Below, one piece after another: positions 58,153 to 64,000 of a stretch of DNA of 64,000 nucleotides. The notes beneath the pieces are model-generated. The model made no database searches, had not been told where the DNA came from, and saw only the letters and a list, made by a program, of their open reading frames with translations. Source of the stretch: Dehalococcoidia bacterium (GTDB taxonomy: Bacteria > Chloroflexota > Dehalococcoidia > Lucifugimonadales > UBA3495); assembly GCA_965232895.1 (NCBI GenBank), contig OZ247430.1, forward strand, positions 387,388 through 451,387, in the 5' to 3' direction. The position numbers and the translations under genes are program-made. Position 1 is the stretch's first letter. The number at the start of each line of letters is the position of its first letter.

Positions 58153-58386
58153 ATGTCCACAGCTTCTGATTCACCAGGGTTTGGGGAAGGGTTTCTGCGC
58201 ATGGCCCAGGCGTTGGGCCTGGACGTGTCCGACGCAGAACACGCGCAAGACCTGGCCCGCCGAGTAGGGCTGATGCGAGAAGGCCTGGCCCGTCTGTACG
58301 AGATCGACGTCTCCGGCGCCGAGCCCCCGTCGGCCTTCGTCCCGTCGTTGCATCAAGAACCCAGCGCAAGAACCGGGAGAGGCTGA
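58153..58386 (+). CDS. Small GatC/AtzG-like protein, probable amidase accessory subunit
   Basis: 77 aa. ...LGLDVSDAEHAQDLARRVGLMREGLARLYEIDVSGAEPPSAFVP resembles GatC-type tails (Asp/Glu-Pro end). Stops 3 nt before the amidase ATG. Confidence 0.5.
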   Translation: MSTASDSPGFGEGFLRMAQALGLDVSDAEHAQDLARRVGLMREGLARLYEIDVSGAEPPSAFVPSLHQEPSARTGRG

Positions 58387-58389
58387 ACC

Positions 58390-59802
58390 ATGGCCGGCAA
58401 CGAACTCCATTACATGTCAGCCTGGGAATTGTCGGGCCTCATCCGAACGGGAGAGGTATCCCCCGTCGATGTCGTGGAAGCGTGCCTGGCGCGGATCGAG
58501 GAGACCGAACCGACTCTCAATTCCTTCATCACCCTGATGCCCGAGCCGGCGCGGGAGGCCGCGCGGCGCGCGGAGATCGAGATTGGGCGGGGAAATTACC
58601 GTGGGCCGCTGCACGGCATCCCGGTGGGATTGAAGGACCTGTTCAACACGGCAGGGGTCAAGACGACCTCGGGGACCCGGATCTACGACAACTTCGTGCC
58701 CGAAGCGGACTGCACGGTGGCGGCAAAATTCAGCCAGGCCGGCGCGATCCTGCTGGGCAAGCTCAACATGCACCCCTTCGCGTTCGGGCCCACGGGCGAG
58801 AACGGCGACTATGGCCACATGCACAACCCGTGGAACCCGGAACGAATCACCGGCGGTTCCAGCGGGGGCAGCGGATCCGCCGCCGCCGCCGGCCAGTGCA
58901 CGATCACCATGGGCAGCGACACCGGCGGCAGTGTCCGGATACCCGCGGCGCTATGCGGGATCGTCGGCCTGAAGCCGACCTACGGGAGGGTGAGCCGCGC
59001 CGGGTTGACGCCGTTGTCGTGGTGCCTGGACCATCCCGGGCCGATGGTCAGAACCGCTGAAGACGCGGCATTGGCCATGAACGTAATTGCCGGATACGAT
59101 CCTCGCGACCACGCGACCTCAGACGCGCCGGTCCCAGACTACACGACGGCGCTGACCGGAGATGTCCGCGGCCTGCGCATCGGCGTCGTGAAGGAATATT
59201 TCGAAACGGAAATCGATCCGGCGGTGGCGACCGCGACGCAACAGGCGATCACCATGCTGGGCGAGCTGGGCGCGGAGATCGTGGACGTTTCCCTGCCCCT
59301 GTACGAGTACGCCCAACCCATCAGCAACGCCATTCTCAGCGCCGAGGCGACGGCGGCCCATCGGGACGTCCTGCTCAGCGACGGCGACAAGATGTACCCC
59401 CAGGTGCGCGAGCGGTTGGAGGAAGGCCTCTTCATCTCCGCGGCGGAATACCTGCGGGCGCAGCAGGCGAGACAGGTTTTCTGCCAGCAGGTGGCCGATC
59501 TTCTGGGTTCCGTGGACCTCCTGGCCGGGCCGGTTGAGCCGGTGACGGCTCCGAAAATCCTGGAAAGGCGCATCGAGATTGACGGGCAAGCGTTGCCGGC
59601 GGTGCCCATGCTGACGAAATACACGCGGGTGTACAACATCACCGGGTCACCCGCAATCTCCGTGCCCTGCGGATTTGGACCGGACGGCCTGCCCGTGGGG
59701 CTGCACCTGGCGGGCCGAAACTTCGACGAACTGACCGTGCTGCGCGCCGCATACGCGTACCAGCAGGCGACGAACTGGCACGCCCAGCGGCCTCCGCTGT
59801 AA
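58390..59802 (+). CDS. Amidase-signature family enzyme (GatA-like)
   Basis: GGSSGGSGSAAAAG amidase signature and GSDTGGSVRIPAALCG. 470 aa. Confidence 0.85.
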   Translation: MAGNELHYMSAWELSGLIRTGEVSPVDVVEACLARIEETEPTLNSFITLMPEPAREAARRAEIEIGRGNYRGPLHGIPVGLKDLFNTAGVKTTSGTRIYDNFVPEADCTVAAKFSQAGAILLGKLNMHPFAFGPTGENGDYGHMHNPWNPERITGGSSGGSGSAAAAGQCTITMGSDTGGSVRIPAALCGIVGLKPTYGRVSRAGLTPLSWCLDHPGPMVRTAEDAALAMNVIAGYDPRDHATSDAPVPDYTTALTGDVRGLRIGVVKEYFETEIDPAVATATQQAITMLGELGAEIVDVSLPLYEYAQPISNAILSAEATAAHRDVLLSDGDKMYPQVRERLEEGLFISAAEYLRAQQARQVFCQQVADLLGSVDLLAGPVEPVTAPKILERRIEIDGQALPAVPMLTKYTRVYNITGSPAISVPCGFGPDGLPVGLHLAGRNFDELTVLRAAYAYQQATNWHAQRPPL

Positions 59803-59858
59803 ACCGGTTCCGCAGAGCCGCAACCACCCTCGCACCATCGTCAGGAACCGAGAAAACA

Positions 59859-60620
59859 TTGGCTACGATAAACGCCGTAACCTTCGATCTGTGGCAGACG
59901 CTGATTCTGGACAACCGGGAACTGGGTCTCCAGCGAGCCCAGGTTCGCCTGGATGGCGCGCGGGATCTGCTGGCGGAGCAGGGCATCCATCACGACCCGG
60001 ACCACATCCGAGAGGCCTATCGAGGATGCTATCGAGCTTGCCGAGCCGTCCGCAACAACAACGCGGACGTGAGTTTCCGCGAGCAGGTGGAGATCTTCGT
60101 CAACCTGATCGACGAAGGCCTGGTCGGGCGTTTGCCGGAACCAACGGTCGCGGAGATCGAGCGGATATACGCCGAGTCCTTCTTCGACTATCCGCCGCGG
60201 TTCCACGAAGCAACGAAGGAAACACTGGAATCGGTGCACCAGATGGGGCTGCGTATCGGCCTGATATCCAATACCGGAATGACCCCCGGGTATACCTTCC
60301 GGCAATTCCTGGAGCAGCATGGCCTCGCAGCTTACTTCCAAACGATGACCTTTTCCGACGAAGTGCTGTTGGCCAAGCCTTCGGATGAAATATTTCTGAT
60401 GACCATCGGCGCTTTGGATTCGAGCCCGGCAGATGCTATCCACGTGGGCGATCACGTCAGCAACGACGTGGTGGGAGCCAATCGGGTAGGGATGAAATCC
60501 GTTTGGATACGCGGTTTCTACGAGCCCGAGGACCCGGACGACCCGGACAGCAAAGCGGACGCCGAGGTCGACGACCTCTCAGGCGTGGCGGCGGCGATAC
60601 GGGAACTGATCACCGGCTGA
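59859..60620 (+). CDS. HAD-superfamily hydrolase
   Basis: Motif I variant VTFDLWQTL, motif II ISNTG, motif IV HVGDHVSNDV. TTG start. Confidence 0.7.
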   Translation: MATINAVTFDLWQTLILDNRELGLQRAQVRLDGARDLLAEQGIHHDPDHIREAYRGCYRACRAVRNNNADVSFREQVEIFVNLIDEGLVGRLPEPTVAEIERIYAESFFDYPPRFHEATKETLESVHQMGLRIGLISNTGMTPGYTFRQFLEQHGLAAYFQTMTFSDEVLLAKPSDEIFLMTIGALDSSPADAIHVGDHVSNDVVGANRVGMKSVWIRGFYEPEDPDDPDSKADAEVDDLSGVAAAIRELITG

Positions 60621-60689
60621 CACCCGGATACGATTGGCGGTTTCCAGGATGGGAGCGGTCGAGCCTTATCGGGCGCAGGGAGCATAACC

Positions 60690-61265
60690 TTGTTCCAGGA
60701 ACTCAGCGGCGGGCCGCTTCCCAACGGGCGGTATCCCGATATCACCCTGGCCATCTTTCCACACCTGAAGGAATTCGTGGTGGTGGACACCCGGGGTCCA
60801 GCGGCAGAGGTGAGGCTGCTGTCCACCGAGGACGTGTTCAACGACGAGTATTATCGTACGGTCGAAAGCGAGTTCGCCAGCGCTTTGCGCGAGGGGGGAG
60901 ATCGGCCGTTCCTGCACCTGATGCACCTGCCTAACCAGGTGGACGATATCGTGCGCGGGGTGGCAATGCACTACATCCTGGAGCGCCTGGGAGTCGACTA
61001 CCACGACGAAAACAACATGCCGGAAGTGGTGGTGTTCGTCATTTCAGGACCAACGCTGGCGATCCCTGCCGACCAGGTGGTCGCGGGGTTCTCGGAAATG
61101 CTGTCGGGCAAGCTGGACAGCACTGCCGTCGACCGGTGGTCCCGGGAATTGAACCGGTTGATCGAGCAGGAAAGCCGGGCGTTTCCGGCCGCGAGTGACG
61201 CGCTGGGCGAGACAATGACCGACGAATCCCTGGACCCGTACTACATCTGGCAAAACCGGAATTGA
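60690..61265 (+). CDS. Hypothetical protein
   Basis: 191-aa ORF packed between the HAD and LLM genes on the same strand. No motif recognised. TTG start. Confidence 0.4.
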   Translation: MFQELSGGPLPNGRYPDITLAIFPHLKEFVVVDTRGPAAEVRLLSTEDVFNDEYYRTVESEFASALREGGDRPFLHLMHLPNQVDDIVRGVAMHYILERLGVDYHDENNMPEVVVFVISGPTLAIPADQVVAGFSEMLSGKLDSTAVDRWSRELNRLIEQESRAFPAASDALGETMTDESLDPYYIWQNRN

Positions 61266-61274
61266 GGAACAATT

Positions 61275-62294
61275 TTGACCACCGAACGCATCGCGCTCAC
61301 CTTCAGCAGTCGAGACAACAACGATGACGACGACCTGATCGCCGTGGCGCAGGCTGCGGACCGGCTGGGTTACGAATCGTTCTGGACCGGAGAGTCCTGG
61401 GGCCGGGACGCTTTCACCGTGCTGACGATGCTGGCGTGCCACACCGAACGGATCGGGCTGGGAACCGGCATCGTCACGGTGTACAGCAGGACACCCGGAT
61501 TGGTGGCGCAGAGCATCGCATCCCTGGACCGCATCAGCAACGGACGAGCGGCGCTGGGGCTGGGGAGCAGCGGGCGCATCGTAATCGAAGACTGGCACGG
61601 AGTGAAATTTGACCATCCCGTGGGACGAACCGCCGAGTACATCGACATCATCCGGCTGGCGCTTTCGGGGGAACGGGTCAACTACGAGGGCAGGTTCTAC
61701 AATCTGAAGCGTTTTCGCATGGGTGTCCTGCCGGTGCAGGAGCGGGTGCCAATCTACGTGGCGTCGTTGGGGAAGCGCAACCTGGAGTTGACCGGCCGCG
61801 AAGCGGACGGCTGGCTCCCCATCTGGACCCACCGCGAGAAACTTCCCGTGATCAAGGAACCTCTGGCGCAGGCGGCGGCATCGGCGGGACGTGAAGTCTC
61901 CGCAGTGACCACCGCGCCCCAAATCCTCAGCTGCGCCAGTGACGATGAGGCCACGGTGTCCGACGCAATTGTCCAGGCGCGATCGCACATGGCCTTCTAC
62001 ATCGGCGGGATGGGTCAGTATTATTATGACCTGTTCTGCAGGTATGGATACCAGGACGAGTGCGACCGGCTGCGCGCCGCCTGGGCGGAGGGAGACCGTG
62101 CCAGGGCAGCGACCTGCATAACCGATGAAATGGTGGACAGCATCACGGCGATTGGCACTCCGGAAGACTGCCGGGACAAGATGTCCCGTTTCCGCAGCAA
62201 CGGGGTGGATATGCCAATAGTGGCGTTCCCCCACGGGTCCGACCGGGGCGCCATGCTGGGGACGCTGGAAGCGCTGGCCCCCGCACGGGCGTAA
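61275..62294 (+). CDS. Luciferase-like monooxygenase (LLM) class flavin/F420-dependent oxidoreductase
   Basis: AAQAADRLGYESFWTGESWGRDAF...LDRISNGRAALGLGSSG, the typical LLM pattern. Confidence 0.8.
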   Translation: MTTERIALTFSSRDNNDDDDLIAVAQAADRLGYESFWTGESWGRDAFTVLTMLACHTERIGLGTGIVTVYSRTPGLVAQSIASLDRISNGRAALGLGSSGRIVIEDWHGVKFDHPVGRTAEYIDIIRLALSGERVNYEGRFYNLKRFRMGVLPVQERVPIYVASLGKRNLELTGREADGWLPIWTHREKLPVIKEPLAQAAASAGREVSAVTTAPQILSCASDDEATVSDAIVQARSHMAFYIGGMGQYYYDLFCRYGYQDECDRLRAAWAEGDRARAATCITDEMVDSITAIGTPEDCRDKMSRFRSNGVDMPIVAFPHGSDRGAMLGTLEALAPARA

Positions 62295-62303
62295 GTTAAT
62301 CCG

Positions 62304-62870
62304 GTGAAGATCGGGCTGATCTCCGACACCCATTCCGCAGGCAGTGGCCGGGATCTGCCAACAGCGGTTTTCGATGCGCTGCAGGATTGCGATCTGCTCC
62401 TGCACTGCGGAGACCTGGAGTGCATCGGCGTCCTCGATTACCTCGAGGAACTGGCGCCAGTGCTGGCGGTGCGGGGGTACGAGGATCCGGTGGAGCCCGG
62501 GGAGCGGCTGGCTAATGTTTCGCGCATTGTCGAGGTGGCGGGGGTACGGATCGGGATGGTGCACGACATTCAGTGGCCGCCGCCGTCGATTCCTACCACG
62601 CCCGACGGAACGGGGCTGGTTTGGCCGACAACCGGCCTGGGCGCGTTGCTGGAAAAGAAATTTGGCGGCGAGGTTGACGTGGTCGTCTTCGGAGACACGC
62701 ACGAAGAAATGGTGGAATGGAAAGAAGGGGTACTATTCGTGAACCCGGGCAGCCCCACGTATCCCGGTCGTCGCCACGCGCCGGGGTCGCCGGGAACAGT
62801 CGCCGTCGTCGACATCGGCGACGGCGAAATCAGGGCACGCATAGTCGATTTAGCGCCGGAAACCGCCTGA
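62304..62870 (+). CDS. YfcE/MJ0936-type metallophosphoesterase
   Basis: KIGLISDTHS, LHCGD, FGDTHE and NPGS motifs. Confidence 0.8.
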   Translation: MKIGLISDTHSAGSGRDLPTAVFDALQDCDLLLHCGDLECIGVLDYLEELAPVLAVRGYEDPVEPGERLANVSRIVEVAGVRIGMVHDIQWPPPSIPTTPDGTGLVWPTTGLGALLEKKFGGEVDVVVFGDTHEEMVEWKEGVLFVNPGSPTYPGRRHAPGSPGTVAVVDIGDGEIRARIVDLAPETA

Positions 62871-62879
62871 CCCTTTTGA

Positions 62880-62908
62880 TTGACACCCAACAGGGCCTGT
62901 GCTAGTTT
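62880..62908 (+). promoter_or_regulatory. Sigma70-like promoter candidate (TTGACA-17-TAGTTT)
   Basis: ttgaca 62880-85, 17-nt spacer, tagttt 62903-08, 45 nt upstream of the pyrophosphatase ATG. Confidence 0.45.
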
Positions 62909-62953
62909 CGCAACGTTTGTCGGGATTCATAGCCGAAAAACGGAGAGGAGAGA

Positions 62954-64000
62954 ATGGAATCAATCATCGTAGCCTTGGCGGCTGGGGTAATTGCCCTGGC
63001 TTTTGCGGCCTTCACGGCCTTCCGGGTTATCGGCTCGGACCAGGGGAATGAGCGCATGCGGGAGATCGGCGATGCGATCCGCGCCGGTGCGTCCGCCTTT
63101 TTGCGCCGCGAGTACATGTCGCTGCTGCCATTCGTTGTGGTGGTAGCCGTGATCCTGGCGGTGCTGGACTACACGGTCTTCACTCACAACCTGGGCGTTC
63201 CGGCCACGGCGATCTCATACCTGGTGGGAACGATTTGTTCCGGACTGGCCGGTTTCGTCGGGATGAACGTGGCGGTACGCGCCAACGTCCGAACTGCTGC
63301 CGCGGCCATGCGGGGGTTGAACCCGGCCCTGCGGGTGGCGTTCTCCAGCGGAACCGTGATGGGCGTAACGGTCGTCGGCATCGGCCTGCTGGGCGTGACT
63401 ATCCTGTACCTGATTTTCCAGGACATCGGGGCAGTGGCCGGCTTCGGGTTCGGCGCCAGCTCCATCGCGCTGTTCGCCCGCGTGGGCGGCGGCATCTTCA
63501 CCAAGGCGGCCGACGTTGGTTCCGACCTGGTGGGCAAGGTGGAAGCCGGCATCCCTGAGGATGACCCGCGCAACCCGGGCGTGATCGCCGACAACGTCGG
63601 TGACAACGTGGGTGACGTGGCCGGCATGGGCGCCGACCTGTTTGAATCCTACGTGGGCAGCATCATCTCTGCGATTGCTCTGGCTGCTGCCAGCACCACC
63701 GCGTTTGCGGTGTTCGGCAACGACGCGGTGTTCCCGATGCTGTTGGCCGGCGCGGGCATCGTGGCCGCAATCCTGGGCACTTTCGTGGTGCGCAGCGGGG
63801 AGCAGGCCGACTTCGAGCGGCTGCTCTGGGCGCTGCGCTACGGCATCTTCGCCGCGGGCGGGCTGCTGATAATCTTCGCCGCCATATTGACCATCACCCT
63901 GACCGGAAACTGGTGGTGGTTCGGCTGCGTGGTAGCCGGCCTCGTGGCCGGGACCATCATCGGCCTGGCCACCGAGTACTACACGTCCTACAGCTACAAG
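62954..64000 (+). CDS. hppA: Membrane-bound ion-translocating pyrophosphatase, 3' end outside window
   Basis: Not in the ORF table because it has no stop in the window. ATG 62954 follows GGAGAGGAGAG. MESIIVALAAGVIALAF...IGDAIRAGASAFLRREY...FTKAADVGSDLVGKVEAGIPEDDPRNPGVIADNVGDNVGD is diagnostic. Confidence 0.9.
   Translation, partial: MESIIVALAAGVIALAFAAFTAFRVIGSDQGNERMREIGDAIRAGASAFLRREYMSLLPFVVVVAVILAVLDYTVFTHNLGVPATAISYLVGTICSGLAGFVGMNVAVRANVRTAAAAMRGLNPALRVAFSSGTVMGVTVVGIGLLGVTILYLIFQDIGAVAGFGFGASSIALFARVGGGIFTKAADVGSDLVGKVEAGIPEDDPRNPGVIADNVGDNVGDVAGMGADLFESYVGSIISAIALAAASTTAFAVFGNDAVFPMLLAGAGIVAAILGTFVVRSGEQADFERLLWALRYGIFAAGGLLIIFAAILTITLTGNWWWFGCVVAGLVAGTIIGLATEYYTSYSYK

Noticed and set aside
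61044-62702. 552-aa ORF antisense to the LLM and phosphoesterase genes
   Set aside because: Arg/Pro/Gly-rich and without motifs. The plus-strand genes carry clear family signatures.
1-64000. tRNA, rRNA, tmRNA, integrase or prophage genes
   Set aside because: I inspected all intergenic regions longer than 60 nt by eye and saw no cloverleaf-compatible sequence and no recombinase ORF. tRNAscan-SE or Infernal would be needed to be certain.

Overview
GC-rich bacterial chromosomal segment, roughly 60-65% G+C by eye, densely coding on both strands. I saw no rRNA, tRNA or CRISPR array. My guess at lineage is Chloroflexota- or Actinomycetota-like, held with low confidence.

Most of the window is housekeeping or metabolic:
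- A TPP-enzyme / FAD-oxidoreductase / CoA-transferase cluster (1-6.2 kb).
- cysS carrying an unusual C-terminal glycosyltransferase domain.
- meaB and a stomatin-NfeD pair.
- A hisZ-hisG-X-hisD-hisC-hisB operon, then birA and glyQS.
- A cobalamin-riboswitch-controlled cbiE-cobN-orf-cbtB-cbtA-chlID operon.
- A molybdenum hydroxylase large subunit, aroG, trpA, an amidase operon, and a partial H+-pyrophosphatase at the 3' edge.

Accessory material is interspersed:
- A roughly 9.6-kb decayed defence-type island (6.2-15.8 kb). It holds an IS4-like element, an MmeI-like type IIL restriction-modification enzyme, a disabled IS982-like element, an AT-rich orphan with a nuclease-like motif, a ParE/RelE toxin-antitoxin pair, a PaREP1-like gene and several gene scars.
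- A small island in front of the his operon with two PaREP1-like genes plus a NucS-like nuclease.
- Two families of short palindromic repeats.

The observations I rate highest:
1. A putative leader-peptide attenuator in front of DAHP synthase. It consists of a sigma70-like promoter, a leaderless 34-codon Tyr/Phe-rich ORF and an intrinsic terminator.
2. The CysRS-GT2 fusion.
3. The PaREP1x2 + NucS-like module.
4. A metal-phosphoesterase-like gene embedded in the his operon, a candidate for the missing histidinol-phosphate phosphatase.
5. Repeated 3'-tail scars of the RM gene, which suggest serial cassette replacement.

All family assignments come from motif recognition by eye. No database search was run.
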